DNA from: a virus
Direction: 5' to 3' (one strand)
IMG/VR virus record: IMGVR_UViG_3300045988_162372
Length of the DNA stretch: 64,000 nucleotides
A program made the position numbers and the translations under genes. Below the pieces are notes generated by a model, which was given only the letters and a program-made list of their open reading frames with translations, did no database searches and was not told where the DNA came from. The stretch's first letter is position 1. Each line of letters begins with the position of its first letter. Below are positions 51,407 to 60,972 of this stretch, piece after piece.

Positions 51407-52541
51407 TGTAGATAAGCAATATTTAGACCTGCTCCAAGATATAATGGATAATGGAGTGTATAAAGAAACACGTAGTGGGGCTGTACGGTCTGTTTTTGGA
51501 CGTATGATGCGTTTTAATTTACAAGATGGACTTCCTATACTTACAACTAAGAAAGTATTCACAAAAGGCTTTATTTATGAATTACTATTTTTCTTAAAGG
51601 CTGAAAGAAATATTAAATATCTTGTAGATAACAATGTACATATATGGGATGATGATGCTTATAGATGGTTCAATAACCTACCTCAGAAAGAATTCCCTAT
51701 TACTCGTAAATTAGAAGAAAGTTTTACATATGTTATAAGAGATAAAAATGGAAATATTCTTTGTGAATATAATGATATGAAGGAACTCATTTCTGGTATC
51801 GAAAAAAATAAATTTTTGTATCATACGCAACAAGAAGATGAGATAGGAATTTCATTTATACGGAATGATACCTCACAATTACGTTTCTCATGCTTATATA
51901 AATTTGGTGATATTGGGCCGATCTATGGCTACCAGTGGCGTAATTGGAACGGTATAGACCAAATACAGAATATTATTAATACATTAAAAACAAATCCAAA
52001 TGATAGAAGAATAATTCTTTCCTCTTGGAATGTTGGAGAATTACGTTTTATGGCTCTTCCTCCCTGTCATTATTTCGCTCAGTTTTATGCACGTTCGTTA
52101 ACAAATATGGAACGTTTAGATTGGCTATGTGAGCATAGTAATGGAGAATATGATGAATGGAAAAGTGCTACAGTTGAAAAATTGGATGAACTTAATGTTC
52201 CCAAATACGGATTAAGCTGCATGTTAAATTGTCGCTCACAAGATGTTCCTCTTGGAACTGTTGGCAATTGGGTAAGTTATAGTATTCTTACCAATATGAT
52301 TGCCCAGTGTGTAAATATGATTCCTGATGAATTTATATGGATTGGAGGAGATTGTCATATTTATGAAAATCAAATTGAAGGAGTAAAAGAACAACTGACA
52401 AGAAATCCTCATAAATACAATCTTCCTAAATTGTGGCTTAACCCTGCTATTAAGAACATTGATGATTTTACCTTTGATGATATTAAGATTGAAGGATATG
52501 AAAGTTATCCAAGTATTAAATTTCCTTTAAGTGTTGGATAA
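51399..52541 (+). CDS. thyA: Thymidylate synthase (ThyA type) with two in-frame insertions
   Basis: FGRMMRFNLQDGLPILTTKK, GPIYGYQWRNW, DRRIILSSWNVGEL, catalytic PPCH, RSQDVPLG..N, GDCHIYENQ. 380 aa, versus about 264 aa for E. coli ThyA. Confidence 0.9.
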   Translation: MNNVDKQYLDLLQDIMDNGVYKETRSGAVRSVFGRMMRFNLQDGLPILTTKKVFTKGFIYELLFFLKAERNIKYLVDNNVHIWDDDAYRWFNNLPQKEFPITRKLEESFTYVIRDKNGNILCEYNDMKELISGIEKNKFLYHTQQEDEIGISFIRNDTSQLRFSCLYKFGDIGPIYGYQWRNWNGIDQIQNIINTLKTNPNDRRIILSSWNVGELRFMALPPCHYFAQFYARSLTNMERLDWLCEHSNGEYDEWKSATVEKLDELNVPKYGLSCMLNCRSQDVPLGTVGNWVSYSILTNMIAQCVNMIPDEFIWIGGDCHIYENQIEGVKEQLTRNPHKYNLPKLWLNPAIKNIDDFTFDDIKIEGYESYPSIKFPLSVG

Positions 52542-52579
52542 TAATAAAAGAACAAATAACATAGTTTAAAAATAAAGTT

Positions 52580-53032
52580 ATGAATATTACAGATTTAAAG
52601 AACGAAAGCAAAGAATTGAATAAAAAGTTGTATGAGTATGTTCGCCAAGTAATACGTGAAATACAAACATACAACAAAATGACAGATGAAGAGATTGCTG
52701 ATTTTCTCAAAACGGATGTTGAAACACTTCACAAGATACTTACGACAGATGTCAATAATTTGGCGGGATTATGTTTCATACCAATAAGTATTATTTCAGA
52801 TATAATTGTGTTATCTTGTAATGGGATAAATCTTAATTTTAATGCAATGTTTGATTATGAACCAAAATATACTGTTCAGGAAATCAAACAATATATTTCT
52901 GACAAACATTTTAAATATAAAAAAGAAAAGTTGGAAGAATTGGCTGATTTATTGGGAATTAATTTAGATAATACTGAAGAGGTTGAGGAACTCATCAATA
53001 GACTTAAAGATATTAAACAAAATGATAACTAA
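52580..53032 (+). CDS. Hypothetical protein
   Basis: ORF only. Confidence 0.5.
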   Translation: MNITDLKNESKELNKKLYEYVRQVIREIQTYNKMTDEEIADFLKTDVETLHKILTTDVNNLAGLCFIPISIISDIIVLSCNGINLNFNAMFDYEPKYTVQEIKQYISDKHFKYKKEKLEELADLLGINLDNTEEVEELINRLKDIKQNDN

Positions 53033-53966
53033 TTTATTTATAGGATTTGTACCACGCATTGAAAGATTAACAGAAAGTCAATTATCCCAATTACTTTTGA
53101 ACGAAGAACTTCATTATCCAAGATATCTGGAAGAAATGACCGATATCATCCTTCAATGGTGTAAGGATGATATCTCTTCCTTATTGAATAATAATGAAAA
53201 CAATGGAGATTTTTTACATTTTTTCAAGAATAGCCAGTATGCCGACAGATTATCCTTATCGATCAATATATCTGAAGGAAATATGTTTTCAAACATAAAA
53301 GCACAATATTACAATGAATATGGCACTTTGGGGTTCAATAAAACCGATAAGAAGTTAAATTGCCCGAATATCTATCTAAATATTACATTAGATAAAAATG
53401 GAATATGTAATGAACATTTATTAAAAACAAGTATTTCGCATGAGCTTATGCATTTATATGATGATTGGAAGTCTCTTTCACAGGGAAACGAACCAATAAA
53501 TACTAATCAAGATTTGATAGCAGCTCATAATATGATGTTTCAAAACACAGATAAATTATTACAAAATATTGGAAAGTTACTTTATTTGAGTAATAAATTC
53601 GAGAAAAAAGCTTTTATTACACAAGTATACAATGAATTGAAAGCAGTTGGATGCACTGATGAAAATTATAGAGAAAAATATAAAGAGACTATAACATATA
53701 AAAATTATAATAAATTAAAAAATGTAATAAAGCAAGAAATTACATCAAGTAGTGATAATGAGTTAAAGAATATCAATCATGTTTTGAATACCGAATATAA
53801 GGAAACCCATCTACCAAAGATTTCAAATAATAAATTTGATGTGGAAATATATAAAAACAAAGTTAATAAATTCATAGATAGTGTCTGTCATGATTTTATT
53901 AAAAAATACGGAGGAATTCTAACAGCGTATTTAAATGATTTCAAAATGTTTAATAATAAAATTTAA
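53022..53966 (+). CDS. Hypothetical protein with an HExxH motif (possible zinc metallopeptidase)
   Basis: SISHELMHLYDDW. I prefer ATG 53022, which overlaps the upstream stop (ATGATAACTAA). N-terminus RIERLTESQLSQLL. Confidence 0.45.
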   Translation: MITNLFIGFVPRIERLTESQLSQLLLNEELHYPRYLEEMTDIILQWCKDDISSLLNNNENNGDFLHFFKNSQYADRLSLSINISEGNMFSNIKAQYYNEYGTLGFNKTDKKLNCPNIYLNITLDKNGICNEHLLKTSISHELMHLYDDWKSLSQGNEPINTNQDLIAAHNMMFQNTDKLLQNIGKLLYLSNKFEKKAFITQVYNELKAVGCTDENYREKYKETITYKNYNKLKNVIKQEITSSSDNELKNINHVLNTEYKETHLPKISNNKFDVEIYKNKVNKFIDSVCHDFIKKYGGILTAYLNDFKMFNNKI

Positions 53967-53971
53967 CAGCT

Positions 53972-55795
53972 ATGGCAAAAAAGAAAATAGATTTAGGATA
54001 TACACCAAGTACATACCAGCAAAATGTATTTGATTTTGTTCAACATGGTACAGGAAATGCAGTTATTTCAGCCCTTGCAGGTAGCGGCAAAACCACGGTG
54101 ATAGTTTCTTGCATGAAACTTGTTCCAAAATCCCAAAAATGCTTATTTCTTGCGTTTAATAAAAGCATTGTCAATACCCTACAAGAGAAAGTAAAAAACT
54201 ACAGTAATTGTTATGTTAAAACAATGCATAGTTTAGGTTTTGCCATATTGCGAAGAAATCTTGGAGATAACATTGAGAAAAATGATTATAAATATAGGAG
54301 TTATATAAAAAGCAACATTAATGAATTAACCAGTATACAGGATGAACATTTAACGACATCGCAAGTAAATGAATATATTGATAGTATAACGAAATTGGTT
54401 GATTTCGCAAGGTTTAATTTAGCACAATCTGAAAATGATATTGAGAAAATCGCCAGAAAATATGATATACCTATCAACTTTGACGAAGCATCTGTTGTCA
54501 AAAAAGTATTAAAATGGGGAAAAGAAAATACGACTGTTATTGATTATACCGATATGGTATGGCTTCCAGTTGAACTCTCCTTACGCCCAATTGGATTACA
54601 ATATGATTGGATATTTGCTGATGAGGTTCAAGATTTCTCATTAGTATATAATCAATTAATGTTTAAATGCTTTAAAAGAGGAACACGTTTTATCTGTGTG
54701 GGTGATGAAAGGCAATCCATTAATGTCTTCGCAGGAAGCAGCCCAGAAGCATTTCAATATCTTTGTAATTACCCTAATACTCATACATTTGAATTACCTA
54801 TTACATACCGTTGCCCTACATCAGTTGTTGATATGGCAAAGGAATATGTTGGGAATATTCAAGCAAGAGAAGATGCACCAGATGGAGAAATCAGATATGA
54901 TTGCAAGATTAAAGATTTAAAAGATGGCGATATGGTATTAGCCCGTACAAAAGCACCACTTTTAAAACTCTATACAAAACTTTTACGCAAAAAAGTACAA
55001 TGTTATATCAAAGGCTCTGATATTGGCTTAAACCTCATTAAAATGCTTGAAAATATTGATAAAGAAGAATTAAACCAAGACTTAACAAAAGATGGGGTAT
55101 TTGTCCGCTTGTTTGATAATCTTTTCACAGAGAGAAACAAGTTAATGCGAAATTACGGACTTTCCAAAGACGATGCAACTTTAACAAGTAATATCATGGA
55201 AAGATATGATTCAATCAATAGTTTGTTGACTCTATCAGAAAGATTAACAACAAAAACAAAATTAATAAAAAATATAGAAAATATCTTCAAAGAAGAGAAT
55301 AATGGTATCATTCTTTCTACAATACATAAGGCAAAAGGATTAGAAGCTGACAACGTATATATTTTATGCCGTTCCTCAATGCCATCAAAATTAGCACACA
55401 GTGATTGGGAAAGACAGCAGGAAGAAAATCTGATATATGTTGCAATCACTCGTCCAAAACAAATATTAGGATTTATATCAGAGAAAGAGATACCTGCAAG
55501 TGGTTCTTCGCAAGAGCCGTTAGTTATACTAAATGATTTACGAAGTATTGAAAAACAAGTTTGTTCAATTCTTGGAAAAGAGCCAGTTCCAGAAGATGAC
55601 AATATTGAACTCGCAAAAATGAGGGTTAAAAATGCGACAAAGATAGATGAACATTCCTCTGAATTACCTCAAAACACCATCAAATTAAATGAAACTAAAC
55701 ATATTAAGCCAGATGACAAATTATTAGATATGCTGTCTTCTTATCTTGGGAATGGTGGAGATATGGAAAGTCTGTCGAAATTCTTAGGGAAATAA
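53972..55795 (+). CDS. UvrD/Rep-family SF1 DNA helicase
   Basis: Walker A ALAGSGKTTVI, Walker B IFADEVQDFS, VGDERQSINVFAGS, STIHKAKGLEADNVYIL, LIYVAITRPKQIL. Confidence 0.88.
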   Translation: MAKKKIDLGYTPSTYQQNVFDFVQHGTGNAVISALAGSGKTTVIVSCMKLVPKSQKCLFLAFNKSIVNTLQEKVKNYSNCYVKTMHSLGFAILRRNLGDNIEKNDYKYRSYIKSNINELTSIQDEHLTTSQVNEYIDSITKLVDFARFNLAQSENDIEKIARKYDIPINFDEASVVKKVLKWGKENTTVIDYTDMVWLPVELSLRPIGLQYDWIFADEVQDFSLVYNQLMFKCFKRGTRFICVGDERQSINVFAGSSPEAFQYLCNYPNTHTFELPITYRCPTSVVDMAKEYVGNIQAREDAPDGEIRYDCKIKDLKDGDMVLARTKAPLLKLYTKLLRKKVQCYIKGSDIGLNLIKMLENIDKEELNQDLTKDGVFVRLFDNLFTERNKLMRNYGLSKDDATLTSNIMERYDSINSLLTLSERLTTKTKLIKNIENIFKEENNGIILSTIHKAKGLEADNVYILCRSSMPSKLAHSDWERQQEENLIYVAITRPKQILGFISEKEIPASGSSQEPLVILNDLRSIEKQVCSILGKEPVPEDDNIELAKMRVKNATKIDEHSSELPQNTIKLNETKHIKPDDKLLDMLSSYLGNGGDMESLSKFLGK

Positions 55796-55798
55796 CAA

Positions 55799-55835
55799 AA
55801 ACGGATGGTTACTGTTAATGGTTAACCATCCGTTT
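55799..55835. terminator. Bidirectional hairpin between convergent genes
   Basis: 13-bp perfect stem AAACGGATGGTTA / TAACCATCCGTTT. Confidence 0.75.
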
Positions 55836-55850
55836 CTCAATTAGAATATT

Positions 55851-56249
55851 TCAAAGATTTGTTGTTTTGATATTCTTAATCTGTTCATTTAGGTCTGAGA
55901 ATTGTTTTAAAAAATCAACCTCATTAAATTTCTCATCAGTATGAGCGTTTATTTTTGTAACTGCATCTGCAATATCTTGTTTAGTTGCAACGCATGGATT
56001 AACTCCACAACTCATATTGTTGATTATTTCATTTTTGACATTCTCAATATGGCAATTCACTCCACAAATACCATTTTTAACATCCTGCATAGAATTGTTT
56101 ATGGTTGTTTCTATTGTATCCTTTACAACGTCAGTATCAACCGAGATATTGGAAAACTTACTGTCAAGATAATCCTCTATCTGCTCAGTTCTGGTAATCA
56201 ATTCTACGTCAGAATCATAATCATATCTTCTATAGCTTTCCTTTCTCAT
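55851..56249 (-). CDS. Hypothetical protein
   Basis: ORF only. Confidence 0.45.
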   Translation of the reverse strand: MRKESYRRYDYDSDVELITRTEQIEDYLDSKFSNISVDTDVVKDTIETTINNSMQDVKNGICGVNCHIENVKNEIINNMSCGVNPCVATKQDIADAVTKINAHTDEKFNEVDFLKQFSDLNEQIKNIKTTNL

Positions 56250-56256
56250 TTGTTTA

Positions 56257-56589
56257 TTATATCCTTCCTAATATTTGATTTATTAAATTTTGAATATTGG
56301 CCAACACTCCAGTGTGATTATCAACTTTAGTTTCTATTGATTCCACTTTCGGTTGAATTGTTTCAACAACATAATTGTTATGTTCTTCAATTTTACGGAG
56401 GATTGCAGTTTCGGCAGTATCAACATTGGTATTGATACTTATTTCTGCATCGTTGATTTCTTTTGTTAATCTTTTTTCAACTTCCGCAAGATGTGTATGT
56501 TCATGTTCCCTCCAATCACGGGTTTCTTCTAACCAAGTTTTCAAGTAATCTTGTTCCTTGAAACCATATACATTCATATTATTATTCAT
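56257..56589 (-). CDS. Hypothetical coiled-coil protein
   Basis: ORF preceded by GATATTTATTGTTATAAAG. Confidence 0.45.
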   Translation of the reverse strand: MNNNMNVYGFKEQDYLKTWLEETRDWREHEHTHLAEVEKRLTKEINDAEISINTNVDTAETAILRKIEEHNNYVVETIQPKVESIETKVDNHTGVLANIQNLINQILGRI

Positions 56590-56690
56590 TCTGTCTGTAC
56601 TTTTGTTCTTTATAACAATAAATATCTGACATAATTATATGTTTAAGGAGTTTTTCCTGAATATTTATATTTTAGATAATATTTTTGATT

Positions 56691-57248
56691 ATGAAAGACT
56701 TAAAAACTTTAATATACGAGGCAATTAACGAATTTGTAAATGAGTATCGCTATCAAGATAGTGCAACGCCATTGAATAGTAGGTCAGATGTTCACAGAAA
56801 CTTGGGGGTTAATCCCCTCACAGTTGACAATGGAGGACATACACCTAATGATGTATTATCTCAACCATCTACTTTTGATAGAAACGGCGCAACGTTCAAG
56901 AGTTCGGACAATATTGTATTGTCGGATAATAAATTTACTATTTATAAAATTAAAAATTTCAATACTGATAAAATTTCATCTACAATGGATTTGTTCGGAA
57001 GAGGGGCAAACGGAGAAAAAAGTTTTCGTAAAGAAATTGATATTATGAATGGTGCTGCTGCAAGAAATGGAAGACATCTCACATACCGCACAATAACATC
57101 GGCTTCAAATGAAGCAAAATCAAAATCCACTGGGCATATGTCAGGAACGTTTTGGGAATTTAGCTACGATATGGGTAATACATGGTACATTATGAAACCT
57201 AATGGAACTCAAAATATGACACCAAGCAAATTAATCAGAAAGCAATAA
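56691..57248 (+). CDS. Hypothetical protein
   Basis: The track start is TTG at 56685. The first ATG is at 56691. Confidence 0.5.
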   Translation: MKDLKTLIYEAINEFVNEYRYQDSATPLNSRSDVHRNLGVNPLTVDNGGHTPNDVLSQPSTFDRNGATFKSSDNIVLSDNKFTIYKIKNFNTDKISSTMDLFGRGANGEKSFRKEIDIMNGAAARNGRHLTYRTITSASNEAKSKSTGHMSGTFWEFSYDMGNTWYIMKPNGTQNMTPSKLIRKQ

Positions 57249-57267
57249 AAGTAATATAAATTGAAGC

Positions 57268-58389
57268 ATGAAGATATTTTGCAAAATTCCAAAGAATACA
57301 TTTATTGTTAGTGAGAACCAAATGAAAAATATATTATTTGAGGGCAACAAACAAAGACAATTGGATATTATATTAAAGAATAATCCTGCTGATGACGTAC
57401 ATTTTGTCAACAGTACATGGATTAGAAGTACTGAAGATATTCTTTCATTTGAAGAGATGTTGGCAGATGCTAAAAAGAACTATGAGGAATACGGAGATAT
57501 GGAATATCCAGATACAACGATAGATGACTATTTGAATGCTGAAAAGACTGGTAAAATTACTGTTTATAGTTCATATCCAATTAAACCAGGTATATTTGTT
57601 AGCCCATCAAGAATGTGTGCTTATGATTATGCAGGTGCAAACGGAAATAAAGTCTATTCAAAAGTTGTTCCAGTTAACGACGTTGCATGGCTTGATCAAG
57701 GGCAAGGGCAATATGCACCGTTAAGCGAGGGTGAAACAATTATTCTTAATTCCCTCCAAATCAAACAAATCAACGAAGCAATGAATGACACTTTTTCGTA
57801 TGAAGAATTAGGGAGTATCAGAGCATTGTCAAAACGTGTCGCATATTGCAAACAGCATTTAGGAAATCCAATAGGTAACGGTTCTTCAAGAATGGTATTT
57901 CAAATTGACGATGAAAAAGTTTTGAAATTAGCTAAAAATCAAAAAGGAATAGCACAAAACAATGTTGAAGCCGATTGGGGTGCGCAGAATTATGGAGTTT
58001 TACCGAATTTATACAAAGTTGCAGACGATGATAGCTATCTTGTGACAGAATATGTATTACCTGCAAAACCCCAAGATTTTCAGGTTTGTTTAGGTATGTC
58101 ATTTGAAGATTTTTGTAATTTTGTTAAGAAATGTTTTAAATCATATGCAAGCTCAAGGCAGTCATTTGGGGTTTCAAGCAATATAGATGATGATAAATTC
58201 TCAGAAATATTGGAAAACAACGAATGGCTAAATCAATTCTATACTTACCTAAGTGATTATCAACCTCCTCTTGGAGATTTGACTAGAATTGCTAATTATG
58301 GCATGTGTCAAAGAGATGAACAACCTGAAATTGTTTTATTGGATTCAGGTCTTTCTCAACAAGTTTGGAATGATTATTATCGAAGATAA
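57268..58389 (+). CDS. Two-domain protein whose C-terminal half looks protein-kinase-like
   Basis: Gly loop IGNGSSRMVF, VLKLAK (VAIK-like Lys), NNVE, hinge LVTEYV, GDLTRIANYG (catalytic-loop-like, with D-to-N spacing one residue longer than canonical), LLDSG (DFG-like). Confidence 0.4.
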   Translation: MKIFCKIPKNTFIVSENQMKNILFEGNKQRQLDIILKNNPADDVHFVNSTWIRSTEDILSFEEMLADAKKNYEEYGDMEYPDTTIDDYLNAEKTGKITVYSSYPIKPGIFVSPSRMCAYDYAGANGNKVYSKVVPVNDVAWLDQGQGQYAPLSEGETIILNSLQIKQINEAMNDTFSYEELGSIRALSKRVAYCKQHLGNPIGNGSSRMVFQIDDEKVLKLAKNQKGIAQNNVEADWGAQNYGVLPNLYKVADDDSYLVTEYVLPAKPQDFQVCLGMSFEDFCNFVKKCFKSYASSRQSFGVSSNIDDDKFSEILENNEWLNQFYTYLSDYQPPLGDLTRIANYGMCQRDEQPEIVLLDSGLSQQVWNDYYRR

Positions 58390-58431
58390 CAATATTTATA
58401 TTAAATAATGTACATTATATAATACAAAAAT

Positions 58432-58905
58432 ATGGCAAAAACAGTTATAAGACTTAACGAGGATGAACTTAAGGGTATGATAAAAAATATCCTCAAAGAA
58501 AATATTGAAAACGGAAACCTTGATGAAGGATTCTGGGATAGTGTAAAAGGATTTTTTGGTGGCGCACAAGGCTCAAAAGATGCACAAGGTGTAAAAAATA
58601 CAGCTAACAAAGTTGGTAACGCAATGTCCAATGCGGCACAAAAAGTAGGAAATGCTGCTAATAAAGCAGTACAAGGGGTTAAAAACGCAGGTAATGCAGT
58701 TAAACAAAATGTACAAAACCGTATGCAAGATGCAAGAAATTACAGTGCGGCTGCTGATATTGAGAATGCATTGGGTGTATTGAACAAGTATGCAAAACTA
58801 TTTGGTAGTAAAAATAGCACTGCAAATGGATACAATATGGCAAAAAAAGGTTTGGAAAATCTTGTTACCGCTTTAAGAAATAGCGAAGTGAACTACACAA
58901 GATAA
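58432..58905 (+). CDS. Hypothetical protein with degenerate ~11-residue repeats
   Basis: KVGNAMSNAAQKVGNAANKAVQGVKNAGNAVKQNVQN. N-terminus VIRLNEDELKGMIKNIL. Confidence 0.5.
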   Translation: MAKTVIRLNEDELKGMIKNILKENIENGNLDEGFWDSVKGFFGGAQGSKDAQGVKNTANKVGNAMSNAAQKVGNAANKAVQGVKNAGNAVKQNVQNRMQDARNYSAAADIENALGVLNKYAKLFGSKNSTANGYNMAKKGLENLVTALRNSEVNYTR

Positions 58906-58932
58906 TATAGAAACAATATAATAATATAATTT

Positions 58933-58968
58933 CCTTGCCATACTGAATGGTGAGGATTATATTTTTTT
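58933..58968 (+). terminator. Rho-independent terminator
   Basis: 9-bp stem CCTTGCCAT / ATGGTGAGG (two G-U pairs) with a 5-nt loop, then a T7 run at 58962-58968. Confidence 0.65.
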
Positions 58969-59003
58969 AACTATACATATTTTGATATACCAATAAAAAG
59001 TAT

Positions 59004-59011
59004 TATTTTTG
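59004..59011 (+). promoter_or_regulatory. Bacteroidota-type -7 box TATTTTTG
   Basis: Matches TAnnTTTG, 29 nt upstream of ATG 59040. Confidence 0.45.
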
Positions 59012-59039
59012 CAGTGTTAAATTTTTAATATATGATATT

Positions 59040-59261
59040 ATGGAGTATTTATGGATTTATTTATCAGGCGTTGTAGTTTATTTAGTATTTGTTGTATGGT
59101 TCAATTATCAATTCGACCATAATCATAATCTAAAAAACGTTACAAGCAAGGAATGGAAAGAGGATTTAAGATTATTACCTTTTTCATGGCTATCAGTAGT
59201 CTTAGGTATTATTGTAACGGTGTGGAGATTTTGCGGAGGGCAACCGTCTAACAAAGAATAA
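59040..59261 (+). CDS. Small membrane protein (2 TM helices)
   Basis: LWIYLSGVVVYLVFVVWF and FSWLSVVLGIIVTVW. Confidence 0.5.
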   Translation: MEYLWIYLSGVVVYLVFVVWFNYQFDHNHNLKNVTSKEWKEDLRLLPFSWLSVVLGIIVTVWRFCGGQPSNKE

Positions 59262-59264
59262 TGT

Positions 59265-59810
59265 ATGGATACATCGAAAACATTATACGAAATTGAGGTA
59301 GCATTAGCTAAAAGCAGCCATTTCAATTTTGTAAAAAACATTATCGCATTCAATGTCAACGGGATAAGTTCTAAACTACCAATTTGGCATGAATGCGACA
59401 TGCTTGTATTATCAAAAAGTGGTTATTTAACTGAAATTGAAATTAAACGTAGTTGGATAGATTTTCTTGCTGATTTTAAGAAAGAGCATCATCACGAATC
59501 TGAGTTAATTAAATATTTCTATTATTGTGTACCTATATCTATTTTAGATAAGGTATATGATTATCTTTACGAAAATGATGTTAAATATACTGGTATCATC
59601 ACATATACAGAGGATTTGCTTATTAGGGTTCATCAAAAGAAATTAAAGCCGTTATTTGAAAGTGATGAAGTTGGATATGCCTCTCCTGCAATGGATAACT
59701 ATCGCAAACTATTTCTTGAAGAACAATTAGAATTAGCGAGATACGGAGCAATGAGAAGCATATTATTAAAAGAAAAAATTATTGACTTACAAAAACAATT
59801 AAAGAAATAA
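59265..59810 (+). CDS. PD-(D/E)xK nuclease-fold protein (MmcB-like)
   Basis: HECDMLVLSKSGYLTEIEIKRSWIDF gives a D...E-x-K arrangement. Confidence 0.5.
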   Translation: MDTSKTLYEIEVALAKSSHFNFVKNIIAFNVNGISSKLPIWHECDMLVLSKSGYLTEIEIKRSWIDFLADFKKEHHHESELIKYFYYCVPISILDKVYDYLYENDVKYTGIITYTEDLLIRVHQKKLKPLFESDEVGYASPAMDNYRKLFLEEQLELARYGAMRSILLKEKIIDLQKQLKK

Positions 59811-59813
59811 ACG

Positions 59814-60233
59814 ATGAAAAATATTAATTTTTACAACTTACAAAATATTGTCGAAATTTGTCTTTATCCTAAAAGACGAAATACATGGTTTAAACTATAT
59901 AGAAAACAAGGCTATCACTGGTGGAGAATATTTGGAAAAATACCATTGCTCAAATACTACGTGAAACAAGATTTGTATTCACTTGTTCTTAGACATGATT
60001 TGACTGAAAAAGATGTTTTAGGTATGGAATCTAATTGTTATATTGAAAATAATAAAGTATATTACAAGCCTCATATACACATCTATTTTGTCGGAGATGA
60101 TATGACAAGCTATCATGGAGCAGCATTTGAAAAATTTTTCCAAGATGAACAGGAAATGCAGGACTATTGTGATAAAATAGTTGCTGAGTGTGAGAAGAGA
60201 AATATACAAATTAAAAATATTGAAGAGATATGA
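59814..60233 (+). CDS. Hypothetical protein
   Basis: ORF with an ATGA overlap to the next gene. Confidence 0.5.
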   Translation: MKNINFYNLQNIVEICLYPKRRNTWFKLYRKQGYHWWRIFGKIPLLKYYVKQDLYSLVLRHDLTEKDVLGMESNCYIENNKVYYKPHIHIYFVGDDMTSYHGAAFEKFFQDEQEMQDYCDKIVAECEKRNIQIKNIEEI

Positions 60234-60970
60234 AATATATGGGGAATAAAAGACGTATAGTTAATGATATACTACCTATTATACTTGAATATAATACCAA
60301 TAATATATTTGTTGATTTGTTTTGTGGGAGTTGTTCTGTAATACAAAATGTACCAACAGAATACAAACGTATTGCTAATGATAAGAACAAATATTTAATT
60401 GAGATGTTCAAGTTATTAACTAATGGTAAGAAATATCCTAATTATATTGATAAAGAAACATATTCTCATTATAGAAATATTTACAATCAAGAAAGAAAAG
60501 GAATTATTAAACTTACTGATGAACAATATGCAGAAGTCGGATGGTATGGTTGGATGGGTTCTTTTAATGGAAGATTTTTCTCTGGCGGATATGCAGGACA
60601 TAATGTGATGCAAAATAATGGAAAACCAAGAGATTATATAACAGAACAAATTAACAACACTCTTTCGCAGATACCATATTTCAAAGGTCTAGAATTTTAT
60701 TCAAAAGATTATCAAGAGGTTGAAATTCCAGAAGATTCTATTGTATATTGTGATATACCTTATAGAGATACAAAACAATATGAAACAAGTAAAGACTTTG
60801 ATTATAAATGTTTTTATAATTGGTGTAAAGAAAATAAAGACAGATATAAGATATTTGTCTCAGAATACTCCATGCCTAATGATTTTAAATGTATATGGCA
60901 GAAAGAAGTAACAAATGCGATGAATACAACAAAAACTTATAAACCGATTGAAAAATTATTTAAAATATAA
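60230..60970 (+). CDS. DNA adenine methyltransferase, Dam / D12 class
   Basis: MKYMGNKRRI (Y.GxK), motif I FVDLFCGSCSV, motif IV YCDIPY (DPPY variant). Confidence 0.8.
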   Translation: MKYMGNKRRIVNDILPIILEYNTNNIFVDLFCGSCSVIQNVPTEYKRIANDKNKYLIEMFKLLTNGKKYPNYIDKETYSHYRNIYNQERKGIIKLTDEQYAEVGWYGWMGSFNGRFFSGGYAGHNVMQNNGKPRDYITEQINNTLSQIPYFKGLEFYSKDYQEVEIPEDSIVYCDIPYRDTKQYETSKDFDYKCFYNWCKENKDRYKIFVSEYSMPNDFKCIWQKEVTNAMNTTKTYKPIEKLFKI

Positions 60971-60972
60971 AT

